Positions 48,686-61,198 of a stretch of DNA of 64,000 nucleotides are shown piece after piece. A program made the position numbers and the translations under genes. The stretch's first letter is position 1, and each line of letters begins with the position of its first letter. The stretch is from Hyphochytrium catenoides (lineage: Eukaryota > Protista > Hyphochytriomycota): the NCBI GenBank assembly GCA_900088475.1, contig FLMG01001584.1:41010-105009 (forward strand), read 5' to 3'. The notes beneath the pieces were generated by a model that worked only from the letters and a program-made list of their open reading frames with translations, searched no databases and was not told the origin of the DNA.

Positions 48686-50302
48686 ATGCCGACAAAGCTT
48701 AATCCAAACGCTGGCGAATTTGTCCCAGGCTTCGCGGTTCCCAGTAGCCCAGCTCTGGCGGGACCGGGGACTCCCAAGCAGCTGAATAGGTAACATGCAC
48801 GAGTTAGAGTGTTGCTACACAGTCTGCTGTACCTTACTCCAGAGGTTGCTGACGAAGAATTTTGATCCCAATACAGCGCTGTTTCCTCTCCCTCTGGGGT
48901 CCACAATGGGAGGTCGCCCAGAAGTCATGGGATGGCAGGCAATAGGAGTTATATCTACACGCATAAGTTTCTTCTCGAGGTACATAGACATCAGAGTAGC
49001 CGTACTGGGAAGCCCTTTGATCACTAATGTCGACAGATGAGGGACAAGTCACACGGGTCCATTTTGCCAGCAGTACCCTCATACCTTAGAAGAGACAACA
49101 CGTCTAGTATAATGGCAACCAACAAGGTAACCCAGCACGCCATTTGTCACAGCGATGCCATATCTCAGTTGTTGCCCCTAGATGCCTTATCCTAGTCAGA
49201 ATGGGTTGCGGGCTCATCGAAGCAGCCAAACTGCCGGGGAGCCTAAACAGGTGTGTTCCTCTAGATTTCAGGTGTTAATTCCCTTCTTCCGTGACCAATT
49301 GGGTAATTCGGACCTAGAGTCGTGCAAACAACGGTTCGCGGCGAGCCGGGATTGCAGGCAAAGAGTCAAATCACATGAGAAAAGGCCATTTGGTGAGAAG
49401 TGTTTCTGCTCCACTTGCTCCAAAGCTACACCTTGTTGCTAATTCTCTTATTCTGGTATTATGAAGCTTGTCCCTGCGTTTCTTTCTCTTGGACATCCGA
49501 ATCTGGTGACGGCAGAAGCAATACAGGCGGGGCAGAAGCGACGCATAAGAAGCATCCCTGTTAATGAAGTGGATTACGCAGAGGACTCTGTAAAGGCAGA
49601 GGCACTGGCAGAGAAAACAAAGCTGTAAGCCTCTTGGAATTCCTATTGTTGGCGGCTCTTGACATGTATGTTAAAATCTCCCTCTCTCAGGATACTAAAG
49701 GACCTCTCTCTCTCAACCGTTGAGTTGGCACAGTCCAGAATTTGCGATTTAAGTATTGGGTCGTTGCCTAGCATCTGTGCACTTGTGAATTCTATCTTTG
49801 ATGTGGCACTGACGCAACCAGATCATTGGTAAGGCNNNNNNNNNNNNNNNNNNAGTGCTACGAATCATTGGCATCCCTTAGCAGTATCCGGCAGTCAATG
49901 GTAAGGCGTGAGCATAGCACATATTCCCTCATGTGCGTGTACTGACAGTGGCAGCCTGTTGTCTAGGTTGATAATGGCCAATTGCAGGTGATTTTGAAGA
50001 CGGCGGCCTTCTCCGGGGAACTCTACAGACTGTACGTTCTGTCATCGGCTTCTTACGCAATATACCGTCACAAATCTTTACGTCACTACAGTCATGTCGT
50101 GGGAGAACACCTGATCCATTATGCGCTGAGCTCCTTTCTAAGCTGGGGCCGCGGACCTTACAAAGAAAAAATGATAGCTGCTGCTTGTAGATTATTAATG
50201 CTGGTAGGCTTCTCATGGCCCCTGAGCGATTTAGCGATGTTAGCGCTGACGACAAGCTCTATTGAAGGTGGGAGATCTTTTGGACTCCACTCCAGGGTCT
50301 AG
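48686..50302 (+). CDS. PAM2 motif + MIF4G domain protein (PAIP1-like)
   Basis: N-terminal MPTKLNPNAGEFVPG is a PAM2 motif. ILKDLSLSTVE...LVNSIFDVALTQPDH, FSGELY and EKMIAAACRLLMLVG match MIF4G helices. The gene is interrupted by an N gap and the 3' end is approximate. Confidence 0.7.
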
Positions 50303-50566
50303 ACAGTTGTTAGATATATACTTTCTGGCATTGCGGGAGCATCAACGGAATGGTAAGCATCTAGTTCCATTTTTACAACCCTAGGCTTTGACCGACTTCT
50401 GGCATAGGCCACTCCTCTGTGCGGCTGAAGGGGCTTATTCAACAGCTGCTGAACCTGCGGCATTCTGGATGGGTCGGGAAAATGTAATGCAGGAAGTTTG
50501 TAATGATTTAATGGCAGGACTAATACACGATTATGGACAGACGTATCTGATCCCTTCTCCTCGAGG

Positions 50567-52114
50567 TTATCCCCAAAGAGAGTGTTTCTTACGATTGAGA
50601 ATGGGATGTGCCGCCTCTTTGACCGACTCTTCGTCAGAAGAAGTGTCATGACTTTCTCCTCGGCGTGCCTTGCTGTCGTGGCAGCTGTCCGAACTGTCGC
50701 TACCACTAGACTCTCGCCGCCGCTTTCTCTTACTATGTTTTTTCCTCCTTTTCTTCTTCTTCTTGGCTTTTTTCTTTTCCTTCCTGTGACTTGATCTCCT
50801 AGCTCTTGAACGGTTATCTGAGGTGCTGCTGCTATCACTCAATTCCTGCTCACGCAGTAGAGCTCGGAGCTTTGCGGTGCGCAAGCCCCTAAAGTCCTCT
50901 TTTCAAAAAAGCACGATATTAACTTGCTTATAATTATCCAGAAAGCTTGGTACGATATAGGCAACTCACCATCTTCAGATCTATTGGGTTCAGTGGTTGA
51001 CGTAAGTCGGACGTTCTCAGCAGCGGTGGTGGCAGGCGGCTGATATTGGGCCTTTTTTTCTCTATTTCGTGACGTTAACTTTGTCATTGCAACTTCCAAA
51101 TACTCCTTGGCGTTGGCGCAGCTCGGATCATATTCCAGTGCTTCTTCAAAATTGGCTATAGCTGCACCGTACTCTTGAAGGTGAACGTGTGAAGCTCCCC
51201 TCGCCACAAGCGCATCTATGTTTTTCCTATCTAAATTAAGGGCCTTATTGAACATCCCTAGAGCCTGGAAAGGCAACCCTACTCAGTGTAGGACTTAGAT
51301 AGAGTGGCAATGTCTTACCTGTGCGTGCTTTCCTCTCCGTGCCAAGTCCACCCCTTGATGCACTAGGTCAGCAGCCCAAAGCTTTTGCTATGTAAGACCC
51401 AATTAGCTGGCTGCCTGAAATCGAGAAATTTTAGGGGCTCAACAAGACTCAAGCCCACCTGCTTGGCACGAAGAGTTAAATATGTCTCTCCCTCAGCCCA
51501 AGAGTCCGCCTCTATACTATATGACGAAGGAAGTTTTTGAAGTCCCAGTGACTTCAGCATTAGATGAGCGGATTGTGGGTTTGAAAAGTTGGGATGATTT
51601 AGGAGCTTCTGGACCAAGCTGTCGCTAGTCCCCATAGTGGCCTGATTCGGATGATGAAGAACTGGTGGCTCAGGGGTATGTGACTCAGGTCTAAAGCAAG
51701 GACTCAGTCACCGCAGCAGGGTAGGTGGAATAAGGGCGTTCTTACCGAACTACAGGGCCCCATCGAGAGTAAGGAGCGCCAGTCGGAGAGCTCAACCTAC
51801 AAGAGGGTGTAATAGTCAAGGATAGGACAGGGCAGGTCGGTGATCAATCATTGCGCTGACTATGAAAGTTGTAGAGGAGAACAATACCGCGGCATGGAGG
51901 CAGAAGACTGAGGAGTCGCTGCGTCTAAGGTAAGATCAACAAAGCCTCCTGATCCTTGTATTTCGGGTTCCACCCCTTCTGCTGAGCAATCAAGCTTCGT
52001 GGTCCTATATCTTCTGAGAAACTCTTGATGCAAATAAGACAGCTGGTCTTTTTTGCTCTGGGAGTCACCCCGGCGCCAATCGTCTCCTGAGGACATCACA
52101 CTTGACGGCATCAA
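50567..52114 (-). CDS. TTC14: TTC14-like tetratricopeptide repeat protein with Lys/Arg/Ser-rich tail
   Basis: Spliced LRAKQQKLWAADLVHQGVDLARRGKHAQALGMFNKALNLDRKNIDALVARGA...AIANFEEALEYDPSCANAKEYL and PNFSNP parallel the TTC14 TPR region. Tail: KLRALLREQE...KKKAKKKKKRRKK. Confidence 0.8.
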
Positions 52115-52428
52115 ACGCCAGCCAGCAGCTCTGGCAAGTGGGCGTCTGCAAAAGTGAGTGCCTCTGTCATAAGGTACTCTCCTAGCTGCTGCAGGACAAA
52201 TCAGAGATACAGATTCCCATTCCAGACGCCTTTCTCTTGATATGCCCCCAAATTGACATAGCGCTTCACGCGTCAGCTAAGCGTTCAGAGCTTCTGCAGC
52301 AAAGAAGTCTGACGGCTTACAATGGCTTTTCTCACCCGCTTCAAGTTCTTTTTGTGGAAAGGAGTCGAGCAGTGCACCTCCTGGGCCCGAATCCACATCA
52401 TCCTCATCAAACTCGGACTGGAAAGGGC

Positions 52429-54588
52429 ATGATGAATGGAGATGTTGGCAGCACTAGTGGCTCGTACCAAGAAGAAGCACTTGCTGCTTCATGTTGAGAG
52501 CCATAGAATGCGACCATTCTGGGACATTATTTGTGTGAAGCCATAAAGTTTACTGTAGTACTATAGGACTTCCAGGAACGCAACAAGGATCATACATTTT
52601 TGTGCACGTATGCGGTGATAGATCGGAGGATTCACGCGCAATAAAACCTCTCGCCGCTAAGGACCTCTCACCGCTAGGCAATGCATCGGACCCCACTGAT
52701 GATTGTGATCTTGAAGCCCATGCATGGCTCAGAGGTACGGCCGCGCCACTTTCCGAGGTCAAGAAAATGTTACAATAGTTGTTTGGAACTTCAACAGTCA
52801 AAGATGAACTCCCAGTTGGAGGGCAATTTGAAGGATCAAGAGGATGATCAACTCAACGATAGGGCTACAGATGCTGAAGACCTGGAACAAGCCGACCCGG
52901 TTCACGAAGACTCTCTCAATTCTGGTGGTAGCTCCGGAAATGGTAGTAAGACACCTCGACGGGCCAGAAGTCCTACTGAAGCAGCTCTTCCAACGGGTAA
53001 ACGGAGATGGCAGACCAATTTGGTCGACCCGGTGATGGAGGTTGAGGGAGAATCCAAAAGATTGAGAAGCACTGTCGGCCCACATAATATGACTCTTTTG
53101 CAAGGAGCTCGTGAAGCTTTCAATGAATCTGCGAAGTCCTTAAGCAAGATAAGTGAGGACCTGAACAGGTAGGTCAGGCGACAAAAAAGAACGATGTTAT
53201 AAGGTAACGCTGCTTCTCCTAGAGCTCAGCAGAGACTTGAGGAGGCAGAATCAAGCTACAACGAAGTATCCCAGAAGGTCAACGAGTACGAAGCGCTCGC
53301 CCGGAGCCAGGCAGATGAGCTGTCTCGAACAAAGGAGTCAGTGCTACAGGATGAGGCACGCATTAAAGAAGTATTGGCCCAGCTGAGTCATCTACGGACG
53401 AGGATAAATGAAGAAGAACGCAGGGCGGAAGAGTAAGACTGTTGTGGTGCCATAGCACCTTCACCTTCACCTGAGTCTAAATTCTTTACCCTCAGAAATG
53501 GCATTCTACCTCAGGGAAGTTTGAGCTTCGACGCTGAAAAATCTCGCAAACCCACACAAGAGACGAGGGTAAGACTTGCTCTTGGCGGATACTTGACAAT
53601 CTAGAACTTTTCTCTACCTAAGCGACATGTGGGTGGTTCTTAACTAGGCTGGTGACGTCGCAAAGGATACGGAGGATGGCTCGAATGCTGGGGGAAGGCA
53701 AAAGTCTCGCAGTGGTAAGGCCTTTTAGCTGGAGCTCGTGTCAGCACAAAGTTCATTGGAATTCCTTTACAGCCCTGCAGGACAGGGAAATCCCTCGACC
53801 AAAGGACCTTGTTCCGTCTCTGGATGCCTTCGTCAGTGTCATTACCCGCGTTATCAGCCGTGAAGACCGAACGCTAATGAAAGTAGGACAACAAATGAAG
53901 GCTTCTTTATGGGCGATGCCGGCTCTGACTTCCTCCCGCAGCGGCTATCGGTGAGAGTTCTAGCAGCTGGACTGGAAGATACGATAGGCCGATCGCTAGA
54001 TGAAGTTTTGAACGAATTGGGCCAGAGCTCTCTGGACAGCGTTCTCCAAGCCTTTCCAGACGTGTTCAATGTGTCCTGTGACAAAGGTACTGAGGAATGC
54101 ACATATAGGAAGAAGGAGAGCAATTGAGCGAGAAGTATTCGGCACGCCCCAGAGCTTAAAAGTCGGGTTGGGAGCGCTAGGAGCAATGATATATATTCCA
54201 ATAGGTATTATCAAAAGGTTCGGACGACTCATGACAGAGATTTGTTGCCAGAAAGGACTGTGCTTCTGAGAACTAGCGCTTCAGGAGTCCTCGAAGGAAG
54301 TGGGACCGGGCATTGGATCTCTGATGCAGGTGATTCCTATAACCTTGACGGCAAAAGCTTCATGTTCATATTATTGGATTTCTCTCCCTTCAGAAGAAAT
54401 AACCCAATATCTGCTTGGAGAGTACGAGAGGCTGGGATGTGCACTATCTTGGTCTTTATCTTACCCCGAGGCCGCTCCCATCTACGGCCCGATACATCGT
54501 TTTGGACCCACGACGACTAGTGAGGAAAAAGAAAGGTAACAGAGAGCAAACTGCTGACAACTGTCACCCTAGACTGGTAACCATCGTT

Positions 54589-54644
<56 letters not shown>

Positions 54645-57600
54645 TGTTGGTGTTATGTGATCAGTTTCTTTACTAACCTGGTTCCCGTAGACAAGAACTC
54701 TTCGAACCTTCTTCCCTTATCGAAGTCTGTACAAATGTGCACCACGGTGCCCATCTGCGGATTCGCATGCAGATTCCGGCGGTAGACGGAAAGGAGCATC
54801 CTATAGGCCCGGATGACGACAATTACCCTCTACTTCGTCACACGGATCTTGTAGGGGGAGGCAGGAGGTCCACAATATTGGGGACAGCAGTGAAGCGTCC
54901 AGGGCCTGGTCCAAGGTCCACGTCGCGGTAAGGCCGAGTTACAGGACATGGTGCAAAAGGGATAAAGACCAGTTACGGCATAGCATATAACGAGATAAAG
55001 AACGAGATACCGAGACTCGGGAATGGACAAGAATGGAAGAGCAGTAACTGGGGGAGGGACAGAGTCGTATCGATGATACGGACCTAGGCTTCCTTTGCAC
55101 TTCAAGTTGGGACGGGTGAACGCAGCACAGCTCTAACGTTTCTGGGGCAGGTTATTTTCTATTTCTAAAGACAGCCCACTATTGAGCCTTCGCGCTTATC
55201 GCCTGCACCCACATTACTCCGATGTGCACGGCTTTTCCCTCCTAAGCGATACATACGGGCATCGTTTGGACTCGCAGAGGTAGGAAACCAGTCACTTCTT
55301 CTATTTTGTCGTTATCTCACACTGTTGATCGTACGGTGCTCGGCTTCAGGGAAATCTGTCCCTTTGAAGTTAACGGAGTGTGTAATGATGACGAGTGTCC
55401 TTACCAACACTCTCGGGATTATCTCGCTACCGATGAGTATAAGGTTGCGTCCATTTTCTCCTATGCAGCAGGTAAGCAAAGGCCACTTGACTAACTCGAA
55501 GCGGTTGGTAGCTTGCACTGTCCCTTCAGATGATTCTTTTTCGTCGGAAAGTTATTCGTAACGCCTAAAGCATGAAGAGATATTGTTGTTGTTTAGTTCT
55601 TGCCTCTTGCTGCAATATTGGCTGTTTCTAACGCAATGGCTTGGACTATGTTATTCTTTATTCTCTCAGCAATGTATGTTTCCTAAATTGATCTTCTCTA
55701 GCTGCCGTAAGCCGCTCTGCAAAAGACCTCAACCAAAGAAAACTTCAAGATTTTGTCACTCGGATCCGTGATGTTGCCAAGAAGGAGGTAAGGGCTAGAC
55801 TAAAAGTGATAGATTGCTCTCCATGGCTTTACCTCATTATCTCTTAGGAGCGAACAGGGAATCTCCTTTTATTCAAGATGCGAAGAGGAATGCCGAGTGG
55901 GGACTCAAGATTACGGGAGACAGGAAATCACGCTGGCTATCTCGATGCTCTGAGACAACCGAGTGGGGTGGGCAAGCTGAAAATGACCTTGAACCGGCAG
56001 ATGCTCCGCCGCCTAGCGACATTTCGAGCTCGAGGGAGCCTTCCCGACTTCCTGCCGCCAAAGGTACGACCAATATGGGCCGTTCTGCTTCTGTAAGTGG
56101 GTTCCAAGTATAAACGATGGTACTCTTTAGTAATAATAACCGGCAGGAAAGGTATTCAGGGCTGTAGCGAAGTCTGACTTGATTGAACACAGATGAAGCG
56201 GGCCTCCTTCAGGATCTTAGTGGTCTATTAATAAGTTGCTTTCTAGGTAGCGGCTGTTATCACGCGACAGAGAAACCGGAGTACTTCAATATATACACTC
56301 TCCCCAAACGAGAGCCCTAGAAAAAGGCCGAGGCCGGAAGTGGGGAATAAAGGGAATCAAGAGCAAAGCTTACTCCAACTGTTTGAAAGCCTTTATTATG
56401 AGTTTGTGCAGCCCGGGTAAGTACGATTGGGGGAGTGAATCTCTTTGTTATGTAGCTCCTCATCTGAAAGTCTTCCTGCCCATCACGCCACCCGTATATG
56501 CAGCGTTGGACGATCGTCTCCTGGTTTCTGGAAGCTGTCAAGGTTCATGATCGATGTTTTCGGTCCCGAGCTAGGACAGCTGGAGAAGGCCATTAGCAGA
56601 AACGCACAAGGCAAGTTTGACCAGCCGCAGTGCTATTTAGACCATAGCTGGCTGTTGTTGTAGGTTTGCACTAACCCTTTGCATAACAGTGCCGATCGTC
56701 GCACTCTGTTAAAATATCTCCTCCTTGAAACTGATTGTCCTTCTTCTATCGGTACTAATGTCCTTCTGACCTGTCTTCCTATTGTTATCGGGAGTAGGGT
56801 TCAAGACTTTCATGGACTCTTTGGCCAACATGTTGAAGAGCGAGGAACACAAGCGCAGCGAGACACTCTGGTCCCTGTATCTGAAGCTCAGAATAGCCGA
56901 AACGAGTGTAAAATTCACGAAGAAGCAACATTTGGATGGAGAAGAGAGTTTAGACCAAGAAGAAGACAGTTCAATCGTTGTTCAACTTCTAGAGAGGGCA
57001 GTGAAGAGCATTCCTGGCTCGGTAAGCTTGTGGGCGCTGGCATTGTCCCAGATTCCAAAAACCGTCGAAGAGTTTGTGGGGCTTTGGCATCAAGCAACGA
57101 AGGTGAGAGCGGCACGATAGCTAGAGCTGTTGCCTGGGAATACTGCTACGCACATAAAGTGAGCGACAAATTTAAAACATGAAAAAGTGTTTGCCTAAGC
57201 TAACATCATAGGGCCCCCATGTTCTAGTGTAACCCAAATGTTTGTTCGATAGGAAATTAGCGAAACGTCCCAAGATCAATCAACAGGCGGAGATTCCGTC
57301 TTCCCTGGACTCCTTTCTTTTTTACCGGCACATTATGACTCGGGTACTTGGAAGTTATTGAAGAATCATATCAAGTGAAGCCGTGCTAATATCGTTGCCG
57401 CCTTCACTACGTCTTCATCCTGCAGACAGGAGGTGTCCGGAGGACGCCGCGCTGTCTTTGCTTACGCAACTGCTCAAGACTGTTCTGAATGCGGGCTGGT
57501 CGGAATTCGCCATTAGCTATGCAGGAGTCATTTTGGGCTATGAAGATACTAAAACAAACCAGGCTATCAGCTCTCGTGCCCAGGGGCTCCGCCCTAATTT

Positions 57601-60600
57601 GGTGCGTTACTTCTGACCATCATCGACCTCGTTCAGTATGCTTAGATCTCATTCGTCCTTAACATTGCTCATTGATAGGAGGTTCAGGAACGCTTGAAGG
57701 CTCTGCTTGGGAGTCGCATTAGTTTCCTCTGGCCAATTTTGATCGAGATCATACTCTTCCCTTCCGAGTTCTCGACGAAGAATGCCCTTTCACCTTCATC
57801 ATTCGCACATATGTGGAGTGCTTCCAAAATCTCGGCAGCTATTAGAGCCACAACGCCACTATCTCCACCGGCCGATCCAGAGTCTAGCTCTGGACCTGGG
57901 CGGGCCCCCACCTCAAAAGAAGGTATAAGAAAATCCTAGCAGTTTCACTTGCCTTTTTGAAACCCTAATCGTACAGAACCAACGGCTTTATCAACCTGGG
58001 TTTAAGGGAGATCTGAGGCATTTTGTCAAGGCGTTACCATATGTCTATGAATATTTTAATTCTTGAGAACTCACCTGATGCCGTCAATGACCATTAATTG
58101 TAGGCGGAGGTGAAAGAGATGCCCATGCCGGTCACACCCCTTCTGGTTATGATCCAGACGAGATCCTGGGCATCTTCGCTGCTGCTGTGTCAGCTATCAA
58201 AGTCCAACTTCTCTCGCCTTCTTTGACATCTAAGAGCCGTTGTAGGTTGCAGAAACTCATGGCGTGCTTGGGAACGAACGCTGTAGGCCTTGCCCAGGGC
58301 CTTGGGGACAACGAACGCGCCCTTCGCTTATGCATCCGAACTAAGGAGCACTTTGAAGAAGCGGGAATCGAGGAGCCGATCGCTGATTTGGAAAGTTTGC
58401 ATATTAATGTCATATTGCGAAAGGGAGGCCATGAGCTAGCCGATGAGAGAGTTAAGGCCGTCAATGAGACTTTGCGCGGCTCCTACCTTTCTTCCATCAG
58501 TTCCGGTCAACACGGTGGCACGGCCCCCCTCAGTGCACGAGGCCCAGGCCCTACTGGAGTGCTTGGCTCTTTGTATGCATACGCACGCTTTGTTTACAAC
58601 TCTACTGCCTACTTCTTGGGCGCCACAGGACGGGAGGTCGCCGAAAACGAAGCAAAAGACGTACTAGTAAGGTTCATGGACAGCGTATGGAGCGTGATTA
58701 GCTGTCAATCTGCAGAGGTAATCAGGGTCAATCGTCCTCGGGGGATTATGGACATTCCCGAGGCAAAAGAACAGACGGCGGACATAGACCCATTGGAGAG
58801 ATCGGAGCGGATCTTAAACTTTTGGCTCTCGGGTGTCTGTACAGCGGGTTCCAGTGCCCTTCCTTCTCACACACTTGAAGAAGACATCGTGGCTTTGCCT
58901 CTTTGCGTCTTTGTCTACCTCATGCTTTCTGCGACCATAGAAGCAAGTCACCGGGCCTGCCGAAAACTACTGAGCTCAGCTCAGTGTCGTCGACTTCCGC
59001 TGTATTTACACCGGCGCTTATGGATTGCCAGCCTGCGGTTGTTGGCTTTCAAGTTACGAATATATACAGATGAAATGCGGACCAAAAGAGAGGACTCAGA
59101 GGAAGAAGGTAACATAGACGGAAGGAAACGAGCACTGGAGAACACGTTGCATGAAGCCGTGGAGCTAGCGATGACGGAATGTTCGATCGTCACTAAGCTA
59201 AAAGCCAACCTCGTAGGCGTGGTACCTTCGGAAGGGGATCAAGTCTGGGAAGGCAATAAAGTAGGAAGGGTAAACGCAGAGAGTGAGCTACTGGTAGAGC
59301 TCCTACAAATACTTGATGAGGTCCCCAGTGACGCAGATAGCGACTTCATGCTGTCTCTGGCGAACATATACCTCAACGCCATGAAGTCTGACGGAAGAAG
59401 TATGATATACAAGCTCCTAACCAAAGACCCAGCCAGGTGTCCCAGCGTGGTCCTTGAAGCGGCGGGTAAGGGTCAACAGNNNNNNNNNNNNNNNNNNNNN
59501 NNNNNNNNNNNNNNNNNNNNNNNNNNNNNNNNNNNNNNNNNNGCCAATGCAGCTTTACTGACCCTATTCTTATGGCCAGAATGGGAGATTCAATTTGGGG
59601 ATAAGGCAAGAGCAAAACAGTTGCTCTGGAAGTTGTTGGAGCACAATGTCGTACATCCTCCAGCTTTGCAGCTTCTTCTTGCGCTGGAAGTTACCGCCCA
59701 GCCTCAGACTGTCGAGAACATGACCCAGAAGCTGCATGCTATTCTAACCCAATACACGTCTGCTTTGCAGAGGTTACCTTTATCATGGTCTCTCTGGAAG
59801 CTGGTAAGGTTATCAAAGGGGTGGGAAAAGCTCAGATGAAGCAACACAAAGTAGTATGCGTCCCAGTCCTTCGCATATAGCCAATCGTATGCTTTTCAGT
59901 CTAACCTGGAGTTTTTCTGAGGGTTGCTTGGTTCTCTCTCTCTCATACCGGCCTCTTTCTGATAAGCTTCTATAAGCTAATCTCATCTCCATTAGGGAGT
60001 TGATATTGAGACTCGGTATGGTGTCGGGGATATCAATCAGGCCCGAAACCTCGCAAGGTTGATAAATAGTCTTGGAGTCCGGCTCGGCATTCCTTCAGCA
60101 GGGTCGCCACCTCCAAATTGTCATCGTTTGAGCGATAAGGCTCTCGAACAGGGGTTTGACAAAAACCAGAGAAGCATTGGGCTAAGCTGTCGGGGACTGA
60201 CACGATTGTCGCTGGGTTGCCTCATCTCCTTACGAGAGATTGTCTCCCTAGACTTGTCCCGCAACTGCCTGACCGCATTTCCTCCTCAACTTCTCCATTA
60301 CTGTCCGAACTTGAGAGAACTAGATCTCTCACACAACGCTCTTCTCGAACTGCCGGAGACCGTGTTCGGGTCTCCTTCCATTGGGCCGATTGAAGGGGCA
60401 AACAAAGTTGGAGAAAATCAAGGGAGCCGACCATTGGAAGCTTTGATTCTGGCAAACAACAATATAGAGACTCTGCCACCATCGATCTCTAACTTGAAGA
60501 AACTCCGTAAGCTGGACCTAAGCTCCAACTACCTTGTCCAAGTTGGGACTGATCTCTGTTTACTCAAGGACTTAGAAAGCCTGGACTTGCGTTATAATCC

Positions 60601-61024
60601 ACTACGTAACTGCCCCAGTCCCGGCCAATTCTTTTCAATGCTCCCGTCTTTGGGAGCACTATGGGTACAAGCAGCACAATCCTCATCTCCTCTCACTCGT
60701 ACAACCGTCAACACTTTGGCTGAAAGAGGTAAAGGTCCAGCACTCATCGAGACAAAAGGGAAGGAGACGCGGATAGCGACAAAAGCAGGAGCCCCAGCAC
60801 CGTCTTCACTAATTGCAATGCCTTTGACGACAATGAAAGGAGATAGTTCCGCAGAGGGCAATCGAATGACTGCTGGTTCTGCTAAATCTGCGAAACTTGA
60901 CTCGATAGGAAGAAATTGCAGCGTATGCCTGACGAATGAGGACACGCAAGTCCTGAATGGCAAGCTGATGTGCTCTGCTTGTATCATACAACTGCTGACT
61001 GGAAAGGCGACGCGACCCGGCTAA
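52429..61024 (+). CDS. ZFC3H1: ZFC3H1/Red1-like protein (zf-C3H1 + helical repeats) with C-terminal LRR extension
   Basis: SPLLSLRAYRLHPHY...SLLSDTYGHRLDSQREICPFEVNGVCNDDECPYQH is the zf-C3H1 with its upstream motif. Helical region includes LWSLYLK, LERAVKSIPGSVSLW and ALQRLPLSWSLWK. The final exon 59996-61024 encodes LRRs. The start codon is approximate. Confidence 0.8.
54592..54641. repeat. (TC)n microsatellite, about 25 units, intronic
   Basis: Uninterrupted tc run. Confidence 0.97.
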
Positions 61025-61198
61025 ATGATTGGGGGAGAAGTATAAGAGGGAAAGATCTTCAATTAAGTTTTACTTCGCATAGGTACGCATCTCTGGGGGC
61101 CAGAGTTTAGTTAAGCATTTTTGATGCCCATCAAAAACATAGAACCGAAGGGAGTTTTTGCAAAATCCCAAGGTTCGCGTCCCGTTGTTGCCGGCTTT

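Noticed and set aside
50299-50838. 179-aa ORF overlapping the TTC14 last exon
   Set aside because: It is an alternative frame of a purine-rich low-complexity exon. The KLRALLRE frame joins the TPR exon and resembles TTC14.
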